Below, one piece after another: positions 14,919 to 24,708 of a DNA stretch of 32,000 bases; positions within the stretch are counted from its first letter, which is position 1, and every line of letters starts with the position of its first letter. The position numbers and the translations under genes are program-made. The notes beneath the pieces are model-generated. The model had not been told where the DNA came from. It was given only the letters and a program-made list of their open reading frames with translations, and did no database searches. The stretch comes from Ferroglobus placidus DSM 10642 (GTDB lineage: Archaea > Halobacteriota > Archaeoglobi > Archaeoglobales > Archaeoglobaceae), in contig NC_013849.1 of the NCBI RefSeq assembly GCF_000025505.1, positions 1,050,001 to 1,082,000 on the forward strand, written 5' to 3'.

Positions 14919-16291
14919 CTCAAATCCACCTCTTCGGCGTACTTCTCCAAGATCTTCAAACCAAAAAGCGGGAATAGTAGTGTTACGAAGGAAAACTGAC
15001 CAAAGAAAACGAGAACTGCCGCGAAGAGAGAAACTACCAGTAAAATCAGGAAAAAGTAGAATATTGCCGCGCTTTCCGCCATTGCTCTGCTTTCCTGCAT
15101 GCCCACGAACTTCACGCTTACTCTCATCTTGGAAGAAATCTTAACCGCTAAAAGAGAGCAAACGACGGAAAGAGAGGCAACGAGGGATACTAAAGGAATT
15201 ACTATGCCAAAAGAGTTAACGAACGGAAAGAAGAACGCATACACCGGAAGCATTACGAGCATGCCGCTAAGAAATGTCTTCAGAAGCGTGATTTTTGCGA
15301 ATTCGCCGACCGAATTGTTAATTCTGTAAAACCACAGAACTGAGGCTTCCTGCAGCGCGTAGAATTCCATTATGCTTACAACGAAGAGAGCGAAATAGAC
15401 TACGAAGAACCCCGGAAATTTAAAAGAAGTCGAGCTGGCGATAAATTTTCCGGCTGCAAACGTGAAAATTGCGAAGAGCGGTGCGTAGATTAGCTTTGTT
15501 CTTCTCAACTCCAAAAGCGTTTTCGTTAAAATTCCCTCTACGCGCTCGCTCCTGACGTTGGATTTGGGAAGATAATGAAAGATTTCTACATCCACCCGAA
15601 CTCTGCCAGAAACAACGACGAGGAGAGAAAAGGAGAAAATAAAGGCTAAGGCGAAAGGTAGCAAATTTAACGACGTGTAACAGCTGTGAATAGCATCAAC
15701 CACCACGTAGAAGAGTAAAGAGGCGGTCATTCTACCCGTGAAGAGATCGATGAGAGAAAGGAGAGAAAGTACGATCAAAGCACTTCTCAATCCGAGCAAC
15801 TTTAAAGCCGAAGATACGGCTGAGATGTAAGCTAAACCGAAGAAGAGAAGGGAATACGCTAAAATTGCGGAAAGCAAGTTTCCGGAGATGTAAGTTAACA
15901 GGTAAAAAGGCAAGAAAATTGGAATCGAGAATTTCAAAAATATGAAGACCTCTGAGACGATTCTGCCGAGCAGGAAGTCTCTAACGCTTACCGGATAAAG
16001 AAAGACCGGATATTGCTCCTTAAAAACGATTATCCTCCCCTGCGTCCGAGCAGCACCCACGAATATTAAAGCGGATGTTATTGACGACAAAATCCTTTTC
16101 AGCTCTTCCAGAGAGACAAAGCTCGTCACCAACTTGTATACTTCAACGATGACGCCCTTATCGAACGGAAGAAACATGGAGGGAACGAAAGTGAGAAGAA
16201 TCAATAAATCTACGACAAGCAGATACTTATGAACTCTGTAAGCCTTGATCTGGTTTACGATTAAGACTCTCGCAACGCTGAGGAATTTCAC
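14915..16291 (-). CDS. polytopic membrane protein, putative permease of an ABC exporter (EcsB/ABC-2-like)
   Basis: A 458-aa protein with at least 10 hydrophobic segments. Its GTG start overlaps the ATPase stop as GTGA. Confidence 0.7.
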   Translation of the reverse strand: MKFLSVARVLIVNQIKAYRVHKYLLVVDLLILLTFVPSMFLPFDKGVIVEVYKLVTSFVSLEELKRILSSITSALIFVGAARTQGRIIVFKEQYPVFLYPVSVRDFLLGRIVSEVFIFLKFSIPIFLPFYLLTYISGNLLSAILAYSLLFFGLAYISAVSSALKLLGLRSALIVLSLLSLIDLFTGRMTASLLFYVVVDAIHSCYTSLNLLPFALAFIFSFSLLVVVSGRVRVDVEIFHYLPKSNVRSERVEGILTKTLLELRRTKLIYAPLFAIFTFAAGKFIASSTSFKFPGFFVVYFALFVVSIMEFYALQEASVLWFYRINNSVGEFAKITLLKTFLSGMLVMLPVYAFFFPFVNSFGIVIPLVSLVASLSVVCSLLAVKISSKMRVSVKFVGMQESRAMAESAAIFYFFLILLVVSLFAAVLVFFGQFSFVTLLFPLFGLKILEKYAEEVDLR

Positions 16292-16977
16292 TTTACCACC
16301 TCTAAGAAAAAGCGTTCAAGTTCGTCGATCTCGTTAATATCGACTTCCGCAACAAGTTTTCCCTTGGATATTACTCCAACTCTATCGCAGAACTTCTCCA
16401 CCTCGGAAAGCTGGTGAGTGGAGATTAAAGCAGTAGCTTTCATCCTCCTTATTTCTTTCTTAAATACGTGCTGCGACTCCGGATCCATGTTCGCCATCGG
16501 CTCGTCCATTATCAGAATTTCCGGCTCGTGAAGAAAAGCTACGCAAGCTGCGAGCTTTTGAACCATTCCCTTCGACATGCCAGCTACGATCTTATCCTCT
16601 TCCAAAGAAAAGACGTCGAGGAGGTGTTCGATTCTGTCTTCGTAATCTTTAAGCCCCCTAAGTTTTGCCGAGTAAATCAGAACTTCCTTGGCTGTCAAAT
16701 ACGGAAAGAGAATCGGCTCCTCGGGAATGTAGCCGACTTTTTTCATAACTTCCGCTCTATTTTTCACGTTCACTCCGTCGATTTTTGCAACGCCTCCGTC
16801 TGGCTTAAGCAAACCCACGAGGATTTTCAGAGTCGTGCTTTTCCCAGCTCCGTTTGGACCAAGCAAGGCGTAAACTTCTCCACGCTTTACTCTGAACGTC
16901 AGTCCATCTAATGCCTTTGTCTTTCCGAAATTCTTTTTTAAATCGATAACTTCTACCGCAAACACTAACGAGCTCAA
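16288..16977 (-). CDS. ABC transporter ATP-binding protein (ABC-2/DrrA-like)
   Basis: Walker A is GPNGAGKST, the signature is MSKGMVQKL, Walker B is ILIMDEP, and an H-loop STH is present. The start may be GTG 16965 rather than TTG 16977. Confidence 0.9.
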   Translation of the reverse strand: MSSLVFAVEVIDLKKNFGKTKALDGLTFRVKRGEVYALLGPNGAGKSTTLKILVGLLKPDGGVAKIDGVNVKNRAEVMKKVGYIPEEPILFPYLTAKEVLIYSAKLRGLKDYEDRIEHLLDVFSLEEDKIVAGMSKGMVQKLAACVAFLHEPEILIMDEPMANMDPESQHVFKKEIRRMKATALISTHQLSEVEKFCDRVGVISKGKLVAEVDINEIDELERFFLEVVK

Positions 16978-17030
16978 CAGAAATGTATAAAATTTTTATG
17001 AAATTATTGAACTACCTTCTTTTCAACAAC

Positions 17031-17669
17031 TTACCCCCTCAAAATTTGGTAGAGAATCGCTTCGACCTCTCCGAGCTTGTCAGCCATGCTCTTTATTTCT
17101 TCAAAGCTGAGCTCTCCCTTCTTTTCGAATGTCGCGTCGACGAACATGCCTTCGCTGATAACATTTCCAAACTTTCTTGGTGGCAAGTAGCTAACAACAA
17201 CACTCTCCGAATTCGCAAGTTTTTCCGAGTTCGTGACGACGTTAAATCTCTTTCCACAATCAACGACGCAAAGCCAGAGCTTGTCGGATATTTTGCTTGC
17301 CGAAATTACATCTCCAGAAAAGTATCTCACTGCAAATCCGATTTTGTCGATCTCACCTCTCTTAAACAGATCCGGGAGGGAAATAAGATAGTTGAGCCAG
17401 TACTCTGCAATTTTCCTGTTAAAATCCTCCTCGGCTTTCTGCAAAGCGTTGAGGATTTCCTCAGAAGTTCTAACGATGCTCTCACTAGCCTTAGCGAGTT
17501 CGTCAGGAGGCATGTAGGAGTACTTCAAAACCTGCAACTCGTTTTTAATCTTTCCAGCTAAACCAGCAAGCTCCTTTCTTTTCTGAACCTTAACATTCTG
17601 CAAAGCTTTTTCCAACTCCAACGCACCTCTTTCAGCTATGAGAATTCTGAAGTCGTTTGCAGTGTCCAT
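17031..17669 (-). CDS. protein with an N-terminal coiled-coil region and a C-terminal tRNA-binding OB-fold (Trbp111/CsaA-like) domain
   Basis: DKLWLCVVDCGKRFNVVTN...VVVSYLPPRKFGNVISEGMF matches the pattern of the tRNA-binding domain found C-terminal in MetRS and in Trbp111. Confidence 0.7.
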   Translation of the reverse strand: MDTANDFRILIAERGALELEKALQNVKVQKRKELAGLAGKIKNELQVLKYSYMPPDELAKASESIVRTSEEILNALQKAEEDFNRKIAEYWLNYLISLPDLFKRGEIDKIGFAVRYFSGDVISASKISDKLWLCVVDCGKRFNVVTNSEKLANSESVVVSYLPPRKFGNVISEGMFVDATFEKKGELSFEEIKSMADKLGEVEAILYQILRG

Positions 17670-17704
17670 GCCCTAAATTAAGCGAAGCTGTTATAACTCT
17701 TATG

Positions 17705-18052
17705 CTAAAACTCCTCGTAGGAATCGATGAACTTTCTATACCACTTCTCAAAAACTTCGGGAGTAACTAAGTGAATTTCAACACCTACGAGCTGTCCAAC
17801 AATCCTCTCTACTTCTTCCAGAACTTCTCCATACCTTACCTTATCAGCCTTCTCAGAAACAACAAGGACGTCGAGATCGCTTAAAATCGAGTAATCTCCT
17901 CGGACAACACTTCCAAAAACTATAACTCTGACGTCGTCGTCTTCAAGAACTTCTCTAAACGCTTTTTTAAGCTTTACAGCAAGCTCTCTATAGTTCTCAA
18001 AAATTTTTCTCTTCTTTTCCGCAATTTTCAACGCTATGTCAATCCCCTTCAT
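17705..18052 (-). CDS. minimal nucleotidyltransferase (MNT) antitoxin of a HEPN/MNT pair
   Basis: It carries the GSVVRGDYSILSDLDVLVV motif (GSx10-11SDxDL). It overlaps the HEPN gene by 14 nt. Confidence 0.85.
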   Translation of the reverse strand: MKGIDIALKIAEKKRKIFENYRELAVKLKKAFREVLEDDDVRVIVFGSVVRGDYSILSDLDVLVVSEKADKVRYGEVLEEVERIVGQLVGVEIHLVTPEVFEKWYRKFIDSYEEF

Positions 18053-18401
18053 AAAGCCTAAAAACCTCCTTAACGAACTTCAAAGCCTCTACAGCTTCTT
18101 CTTTCTCGTAAGTAAATGGTAAGTATCTCGCCCCTATATAAGCTCTTTCAAGTTCCCTCACGATCCTTCTGTTTTTATCGAGAAACTCGGAGATCTTTGG
18201 CTCAACCTCCTTTAACTCCTCTTTCAAGGTCAAAAGGGAGTGAGTTTTGGAGAAGTAGCCGACTTTCTTCGCTAAAATGTACTTGAGAAGGAGACGCAAA
18301 GCCTGCTCAAGGTGGAACATGCAGAGATCGTAAAATTCCTTGTTTATGTCGTCTTCAGCTTCTTTCAGAAACTTTTTAGCTCGATCAAACAGTTCTTCCA
18401 T
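18039..18401 (-). CDS. HEPN-domain protein (toxin component of a HEPN/MNT pair)
   Basis: A 120-aa all-helical protein. The blocks KTHSLLTL and ERAYIGARYLPF are typical of archaeal HEPN (PF05168-like) proteins. It is paired with the MNT gene. Confidence 0.8.
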   Translation of the reverse strand: MEELFDRAKKFLKEAEDDINKEFYDLCMFHLEQALRLLLKYILAKKVGYFSKTHSLLTLKEELKEVEPKISEFLDKNRRIVRELERAYIGARYLPFTYEKEEAVEALKFVKEVFRLYEGD

Positions 18402-18552
18402 GAAAGAGATTTCGTAGAGCAGTTAAAAGCTTTTTGAAGGAAGAAATCTTACGGAGTTCGCGAAGGTATTTGGCGATTGCCGAACACAAAGTAAAATAGC
18501 AAGAGTTAAAAAACCATACAAATGACCCTCTACTGTCTTTAGAGGTGATGAA

Positions 18553-19698
18553 ATGAGGCTGCACGAATATCAGGCTAAACAGATTTTTGCTAAATACGGA
18601 ATAAAAATTCCTAAGGGTAAACTTGCTACCACCGTCGAAGAGGTAAGAAAGATTGCCGAAGAACTTGGAGGAAAAGTCGTTCTCAAATCCCAAATCCTCG
18701 TCGGAGGAAGAGGAAAAGCCGGAGGAATAAAGCTGGCTAACAGCGTTGAAGAGGCTGTTGAAATAGCGAAGGATCTTTTTGGAAAAGTTATCAAGGGTCA
18801 CAGAGTTGAGAAAATATACGTGGAGGAGCAGCTAAACATTCAGAGGGAGATGTACGTAGGCTTAACTTTAGATAGAGCTGAGAAGGGTATAGCTCTGATA
18901 GTCAGCAGCGTTGGAGGAATGGACATAGAAGAGATAGCGGCGAAACACCCGGAGAAGATAGCGAGGATAACGATAAACCCCCTCTACGGACTCTGGGACT
19001 TCCAGATAAGGGAAGTGCTTTACAAATCGGGAATGCCCAAGGAGCTTCATAAGGAAATCACCGGAATAATAAAAGCCCTCTACAAGATTCTGATCGACCA
19101 CGAGGCTGAGCTTACCGAAATTAACCCGCTCGTTCTCACGGACAAGGGTCTTTTCGCTGCCGACGCAAGGTTAAACGTTGACGATAACGCCCTCTACAGG
19201 CATCCAGAGCTTAAGGAGCTGAGAGACTACACCGAGGTCGATCAGATCGAGAGGATAGCTGAGGAGAAGGGATTGAACTACGTCAAGCTCGACGGAAACA
19301 TTGGTGTTATAGCAAACGGAGCCGGAATGAGCATGTCAACGATGGATCTGATTTACTTGGAAGGAGGAAAGCCGGCAAACTTCTTAGACATCGGAGGGGG
19401 AGCGAGCAGCGAAGTCGTGAAGGAAGCGATAAAGACAATTCTGATGGATAAAAACGTGAAAGTGATATTCATGAACATCTTCGGAGGTATAACGAGGTGC
19501 GACGAAGTTGCGAAAGGACTTGTTAAAGCTTTTCAAGAAATAGTAATTCCAGTTCCCATCGTTTTGAGATTGGCTGGGACTAACGAGGAAGAGGGAAGGA
19601 GGATAATCGAAGAGTTTCTTGAGAGGGAGAAAAAGAACATAATAGTTGTCGAAACTATGGAAGAGGGTGCGAAAAAAGCTGTTGAATTAGCGAGGTGA
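18553..19698 (+). CDS. sucC: succinyl-CoA synthetase beta subunit
   Basis: It starts [17 protein letters not shown], followed by an ATP-grasp region. GAGGTGAT lies 3 nt upstream of the ATG. Confidence 0.95.
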   Translation: MRLHEYQAKQIFAKYGIKIPKGKLATTVEEVRKIAEELGGKVVLKSQILVGGRGKAGGIKLANSVEEAVEIAKDLFGKVIKGHRVEKIYVEEQLNIQREMYVGLTLDRAEKGIALIVSSVGGMDIEEIAAKHPEKIARITINPLYGLWDFQIREVLYKSGMPKELHKEITGIIKALYKILIDHEAELTEINPLVLTDKGLFAADARLNVDDNALYRHPELKELRDYTEVDQIERIAEEKGLNYVKLDGNIGVIANGAGMSMSTMDLIYLEGGKPANFLDIGGGASSEVVKEAIKTILMDKNVKVIFMNIFGGITRCDEVAKGLVKAFQEIVIPVPIVLRLAGTNEEEGRRIIEEFLEREKKNIIVVETMEEGAKKAVELAR

Positions 19699-19702
19699 TA
19701 TC

Positions 19703-20581
19703 GTGGCGATAATTATTGATGAGAATACGAAAGCGATCGTTCAAGGAATTACCGGCTCCCAAGGAAGATTTCACACGGAAAGAATGCTTGCCTACGGCAC
19801 GAAAATAGTTGCCGGAGTCACTCCAGGAAAGGGAGGAAGCGAGGTTCTCGGCGTTCCAGTTTTCGATAGGGTTAGCGAGGCTGTTGAGAAAACCGGAGCA
19901 AACGCGAGCGTCATTTTCGTTCCGGCTCCCTTTGCCACAGATGCAATATTCGAAGCCGTCGAGGCTGGAGTTGAGGTAGTCGTTTGCATAACGGAAGGAA
20001 TTCCGGTTTACGACGAGCTTAAAGCTTATAAAAGAGTTAAAGAGGCCGGAGTAATTTTAATCGGTCCGAACTGCCCCGGAGTTATCAGCGTTGGGAAGTC
20101 CCACCTCGGAATTATGCCGACGCAGATTTTCAAGGAGGGTAACGTGGGAATCGTTTCGAGGAGCGGAACGCTCACGTATCAGATAGCCTACAACCTCACA
20201 AGGCTCGGAATAGGGCAGAGCACGGTAGTGGGAATAGGAGGAGACAGAATCGTCGGAATGAGTTTCGTGGAAATTTTGGAGATGTTCGAAGAGGACGATC
20301 AGACTGATCTCGTCGTTTTAATTGGAGAAATCGGAGGGACTGACGAAGAGGAGGCTGCGAAGTTTATAGAAAAGAAAATGAGCAAGCCGGTCGTTGGTTA
20401 CATAGCAGGAATAACTGCTCCGCCAGGAAAAAGAATGGGACATGCCGGAGCGATAATAGAGGGTGGAAGAGGAACTGCTGAGTCGAAGATAAAGGCTTTG
20501 GAAGAGGTAGGAGTTGAAGTCGGCAGAACACCGATGGAAGTTGCTGAGATCGTGAAGAGAAAGCTGGAGGATAAAGTATGA
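19703..20581 (+). CDS. sucD: succinyl-CoA synthetase alpha subunit
   Basis: [11 protein letters not shown] is present, along with the phosphohistidine loop MGHAGAII. The start is GTG, 4 nt after the sucC stop. Confidence 0.95.
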   Translation: MAIIIDENTKAIVQGITGSQGRFHTERMLAYGTKIVAGVTPGKGGSEVLGVPVFDRVSEAVEKTGANASVIFVPAPFATDAIFEAVEAGVEVVVCITEGIPVYDELKAYKRVKEAGVILIGPNCPGVISVGKSHLGIMPTQIFKEGNVGIVSRSGTLTYQIAYNLTRLGIGQSTVVGIGGDRIVGMSFVEILEMFEEDDQTDLVVLIGEIGGTDEEEAAKFIEKKMSKPVVGYIAGITAPPGKRMGHAGAIIEGGRGTAESKIKALEEVGVEVGRTPMEVAEIVKRKLEDKV

Positions 20582-22281
20582 GAGTTCAGCACGACATAGT
20601 AATTGTTGGAGCGGGACTTGCTGGTTTAAGAGCCGCAATAGCTGCGGCTGAGAAAAATAAAAATTTGAGCATAGCAATAATCTCAAAAACGTATCCCATA
20701 AGATGTCACTCCGTTTGCGCTGAAGGTGGGACTGCGGCAGTTTTAAGGGAAGATGAGGGAGATAGCTTCGACTTGCACGCATGGGATACTGTAAAAGGCT
20801 CCGATTTTTTAGCCGATCAGGATGCGGTGGAATTCTTTGTCAGGGAAATTCCGAGGGAAATTCTCCTCCTTGACAACTGGGGATGTCCTTGGAGCAGGAG
20901 GGAGGACGGAAAAATAGCTCAGAGAGCTTTTGGCGGGCAGAGTTTCAACAGAACAGTCTTTGCTAAAGACAGAACTGGATTGCACGAAGTTCACACCCTT
21001 TACGAAAGAAGCTTGATGTATCCGAACATAGTAAGATACGACGAGTACTTTCTGACAAATCTGATAATAGAAGATAACGAGATTAGAGGTGTAACGGCAA
21101 TAGAGCTCAAAACGGGAGATTTAATTCTCTTCGAGGCTAAAGCGGTTATCCTCGCCACGGGAGGAGCTGGAAGGCTTTACGGCTTCACGACCTACAGCCA
21201 CCAAGTAACCGGAGACGGTATGGCTATAGCATACAGATGCGGAATTCCGCTGAAGGATATGGAATTCTTCCAGTTCCACCCAACCGGATTGGTTCCTTCA
21301 GGCATTCTTATCAGCGAAGCAGCGAGAGGAGAGGGAGGATACCTCAGAAATAAGTTCGGAGAGAGGTTCATGGAAAAGTACGCTCCGGAGAGAATGGAGC
21401 TCGCTCCAAGGGATGTCGTGGCAAGAGCTATGTGGAAGGAGATAATCGAAGGGAGGGGATTCGAGAGCGAGCACGGAGCATACATCGCTTTAGATTTGAC
21501 GCACTTAGGAGAGGAGAAAATAGAGGAGAGGCTTCCTTTAATAAGAGAGGCGGCAAAAAAGTTCGTCGGAATAGATCCGGTGGAAGAGCCCCTTCCAGTT
21601 AGACCGGTCGCTCACTATACGATGGGAGGAATCCACACGAACATGTGGACGGAGACGCCGGTAAAGGGACTTTTCGCTGCCGGAGAAGTTGCATGCGTTA
21701 GCATCCACGGAGCGAACAGACTCGGAAGCAACTCCACAGCGGAGTGCTTGGTTTTCGGAAGGGTGGCTGGGGAGAAAGCAGCTGAATACGCGATGAGGAA
21801 AGATTTGAAGCACGTAAGCAACGAAATATACAAGGAGGAGGAGAAGAGAATTTACGACGAGTTTTTAGGAAAAAGCGGAGACGAAAGTCCTTACCAAATA
21901 AAGAAGGAGCTAAACGAAGTTATGGACAAATGCTTCTGGATATTCAGAACCGGAGAAGAGATGAAGGAGGGAATTAAAAAGATAAGAGAGCTTAAGGAGA
22001 GGTACAAGAACGTTGAGATAGTCGACAAGAAAAGAAGATTTAACACCGATCTTATTTACGCTTTCGAAGTAGGGTTCATGCTCGATTTAGCTGAAGTCGT
22101 AGCAGTGTGTGCCTACGCGAGAACCGAAAGTAGAGGAGCTCACTACCGCTTGGATTACCCGAATAGAGACGATGAGAACTGGTTAAAGCACAGCTTAGCA
22201 TATTACACACCTCAGGGACCGAAGCTTGAGTACATTCCCGTGAAGATAACGAAGTGGAAGCCAGTAGAGAGGAAGTACTGA
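20578..22281 (+). CDS. sdhA: succinate dehydrogenase / fumarate reductase flavoprotein subunit
   Basis: [13 protein letters not shown] is the FAD fold. [10 protein letters not shown] carries the covalent-FAD His, and HPTG and SRGAHYR are also present. The start overlaps the sucD stop as ATGA. Confidence 0.95.
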   Translation: MRVQHDIVIVGAGLAGLRAAIAAAEKNKNLSIAIISKTYPIRCHSVCAEGGTAAVLREDEGDSFDLHAWDTVKGSDFLADQDAVEFFVREIPREILLLDNWGCPWSRREDGKIAQRAFGGQSFNRTVFAKDRTGLHEVHTLYERSLMYPNIVRYDEYFLTNLIIEDNEIRGVTAIELKTGDLILFEAKAVILATGGAGRLYGFTTYSHQVTGDGMAIAYRCGIPLKDMEFFQFHPTGLVPSGILISEAARGEGGYLRNKFGERFMEKYAPERMELAPRDVVARAMWKEIIEGRGFESEHGAYIALDLTHLGEEKIEERLPLIREAAKKFVGIDPVEEPLPVRPVAHYTMGGIHTNMWTETPVKGLFAAGEVACVSIHGANRLGSNSTAECLVFGRVAGEKAAEYAMRKDLKHVSNEIYKEEEKRIYDEFLGKSGDESPYQIKKELNEVMDKCFWIFRTGEEMKEGIKKIRELKERYKNVEIVDKKRRFNTDLIYAFEVGFMLDLAEVVAVCAYARTESRGAHYRLDYPNRDDENWLKHSLAYYTPQGPKLEYIPVKITKWKPVERKY

Positions 22282-22290
22282 GGTGGTGGT

Positions 22291-23001
22291 ATGCTTTTTA
22301 GAATAAAAAGATTCGACGGAGAGAAGGAGTACTGGAGCGAGTACGAAGTGGAAGTAAGGAAAGGTATGACCGTTCTCGACGCTCTTTTCTACATAAGGGA
22401 AAATCTCGACGGAAGCTTAGCTTTCAGAGTTTCTTGCAGGATGGGTGTTTGCGGGAGCTGCGCTATGAAGATTAACCACAAGCCGAGGTTGGCTTGCGAA
22501 ACCCAAATAGCTGATTTAAAATCTGACGTTATCGTTATCGAACCCCTCGACAATTACAAGGTTATAAAAGACCTCATCGTCGATTTCGACGGCTTCTTTA
22601 AGAAGCACGCTAAGGTTAAGCCTTATCTGATAAGAAAAGTTGAGAATTACGAAAAGCCAGTTGAGTTAATCCAAACCCCCAAACAGCTGGACAGCTACTA
22701 TCAATTCGCCCTCTGCATAAAGTGCGGTGCTTGCTACTCAGTCTGCCCGGCTTCAGCTACGAGAAAAGACTACCTCGGTCCGGCAGCTTTCGCTTCGGCG
22801 TACCGCTTTATAAAGGACAGCAGAGATGAAGGAAAAGAAGAGAGGATTCCCGAGGTTGCTTGCGATGGTGGAGTGTGGAGGTGTCATTTTGCCGCTGAGT
22901 GCAGCGAAGTTTGTCCGAAAAACGTTGATCCGGCTAAAGCCGTGCAAAAGTTAAGGTGGGAAGCGGTTAAGCACAGCATTAGGAGTTTGCTGAGGTGGTA
23001 G
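22291..23001 (+). CDS. sdhB: succinate dehydrogenase / fumarate reductase iron-sulfur subunit
   Basis: The cluster motifs are CRMGVCGSC, CIKCGACYSVCP and CHFAAECSEVCP. Confidence 0.95.
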   Translation: MLFRIKRFDGEKEYWSEYEVEVRKGMTVLDALFYIRENLDGSLAFRVSCRMGVCGSCAMKINHKPRLACETQIADLKSDVIVIEPLDNYKVIKDLIVDFDGFFKKHAKVKPYLIRKVENYEKPVELIQTPKQLDSYYQFALCIKCGACYSVCPASATRKDYLGPAAFASAYRFIKDSRDEGKEERIPEVACDGGVWRCHFAAECSEVCPKNVDPAKAVQKLRWEAVKHSIRSLLRW

Positions 23002-23002
23002 A

Positions 23003-23371
23003 ATGATTCTGGACTGGTTTAAGGTTAAAGGTAGAAGTTTGAGCGGAGTATCATTCTCTTTACACAGAATAACGGGAATGGTCCTTCTAATTTACCTCGT
23101 TCTTCACCTAACGTTTCTCACCTCGTTAAGATACGGGAAAGACGTTTACGAGTCGCTTATAGAAAAGACGGTACAACCAGCCACGCTACCATTGGACATG
23201 CTCTTAGTTCTCGCCACGTTTTACCATGCTTTTAACGGAATGAGAGTAATTCTGCACGAGTTCGGGTTAGCTGTTGAGCTTAGGAAAGCTCTGATTTACG
23301 TAACCTACGCACTGACGATCATATTCTGGATTTACGCAAGTTACGTGATGTACAAATTCGTTGTGGGGTGA
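23003..23371 (+). CDS. sdhC: succinate dehydrogenase membrane anchor, cytochrome b subunit
   Basis: A 122-aa protein with 3 TM helices and a His in HRITGMVLL. It starts immediately after sdhB. Confidence 0.8.
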   Translation: MILDWFKVKGRSLSGVSFSLHRITGMVLLIYLVLHLTFLTSLRYGKDVYESLIEKTVQPATLPLDMLLVLATFYHAFNGMRVILHEFGLAVELRKALIYVTYALTIIFWIYASYVMYKFVVG

Positions 23372-23723
23372 TAGAGTGGAGGCAAGAACGAAAAACGTTC
23401 TCGAGCCATTAGCATTTCTCTTCCAGCTAATAACAGGAATTTTACTTTTCGTCTTCGTCATCTACCACCTCTACGTGACGCACTTAGCAGAGCATGACGC
23501 TTTGAGTTACGAAAAGGTAGTTGAAAGACTTGCAAATCCAAGCTTTAAAGTCGCCTACTTCGTCTTCCTCGCTGTTGTAAGCTTTCATGCATTCAACGGC
23601 TTGAGAGCCATAATTCTCGACACAGACTTTGGAGCGAGAAACAAGAGAGCAGTGGACGTTCTATGCTTCGCTCTTTTCGTTATTGCCACAGCCTACGGCT
23701 CGTTGCTTTTGATATCTTTTTAG
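23361..23723 (+). CDS. sdhD: succinate dehydrogenase second membrane anchor subunit
   Basis: A 3-TM protein following sdhC. The start is either TTG 23361, which overlaps sdhC, or GTG 23376. Confidence 0.75.
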   Translation: MWGDRVEARTKNVLEPLAFLFQLITGILLFVFVIYHLYVTHLAEHDALSYEKVVERLANPSFKVAYFVFLAVVSFHAFNGLRAIILDTDFGARNKRAVDVLCFALFVIATAYGSLLLISF

Positions 23724-23761
23724 CGATCACTTTAAATTCCCACTCTTAACACCGTTATTTA

Positions 23762-24583
23762 ATGAAGTATTCAACTCACTGCACTTGCTGCGAGGGAATC
23801 GATGAGAGGATAGCCAATCCCAAACACCATCCGACCTACGAGATAACTTGGAAGTGCAACCTAAACTGCGTTTACTGCTATTCGAGAATAGCGGTCGAGA
23901 GAAAGAAAGCCCCCCTCCCGGGGTATTACGGAGAGACCGAGAACGTGAAGGGGATAACGATCTCTCAGTACGGTGAGCCGCTCGTCGCCGGAGTTAATGA
24001 AGTCGTGAGAATAGCCAAGGAACTTAAAGACATGTTCGACGCGAGACTCGACTTGCAAACAAACGGAACTCTTATAAAAGAGAAGGAGGTTAGAGAACTC
24101 GAGAAAGTCTTCGATTTGGTGATGATAAGCTTGGACGTTTTTGATAGAGAGAAGTACGTGAAAATAACCGGAAAAGATCACTTCAACGACGTTGTTAACG
24201 CGATAAAGCTTTGCAAAGATTCGAGCATGAAGACGATAGTTAGAAGCATACACATGCCCGGGATAAACGACGAAGACCTCATCAAACTCGCAGAATTCGT
24301 TTCCAAGCACGATTTGGAGCTTTTCGTTCAGCCATTATCTGTTTACGAAGAAGAACCACTTTTAGAGCTCGGTCTGGACATGGAGAGAGTTGAGAGCATT
24401 TACGATTTTATTAAGACAGTCGAGAAGCTTGAGGAAGTGGCGGATGTCAGAATTCCCGGCTGCTTTATATCGAACTTCAAGAGAATTTCGAAAGTTTTTG
24501 GAGAAGAGTTCGTAAAAAACATCAGGAGAAACGCTAAAGGAAGGTCTCCGGAAATGAAGAGGGAGAGGAAGTTCGTTCTTTAA
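23762..24583 (+). CDS. radical SAM domain protein, unknown substrate
   Basis: CNLNCVYCY is the CxxxCxxC motif. QYGEPL and QTNGTL blocks are present. An extra N-terminal Cys cluster reads HCTCCEG, and there is no SPASM-type C-terminal Cys cluster. Confidence 0.85.
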   Translation: MKYSTHCTCCEGIDERIANPKHHPTYEITWKCNLNCVYCYSRIAVERKKAPLPGYYGETENVKGITISQYGEPLVAGVNEVVRIAKELKDMFDARLDLQTNGTLIKEKEVRELEKVFDLVMISLDVFDREKYVKITGKDHFNDVVNAIKLCKDSSMKTIVRSIHMPGINDEDLIKLAEFVSKHDLELFVQPLSVYEEEPLLELGLDMERVESIYDFIKTVEKLEEVADVRIPGCFISNFKRISKVFGEEFVKNIRRNAKGRSPEMKRERKFVL

Positions 24584-24708
24584 ATGGCGGAGTGTTCCAA
24601 CCTTAAAATACTAATCGAGAATTTTCAGCTCCTATCAGTTGGTATTGCTGTGAGAGTGCATTTCAAGTGATTTGAAGTTTCCAAGTTGAGTGAGGAGATA
24701 TGTGAAAA

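Noticed and set aside
18527-18545. A hairpin CCTCTA-ctgtctt-TAGAGG whose 3' arm overlaps the sucC SD (possible translational control).
   Set aside because: The stem is only 6 bp, three of them A-T (A-U in RNA), which is too weak to matter at high growth temperature. I cannot assess conservation.
18385-18801. A 138-aa minus-strand ORF spanning the sucC start and the HEPN upstream region.
   Set aside because: It overlaps the clearly real sucC 5' end in antisense. Its sequence is low-complexity and Ser/Phe-rich, and the intergenic part is better explained as promoter and SD for sucC.
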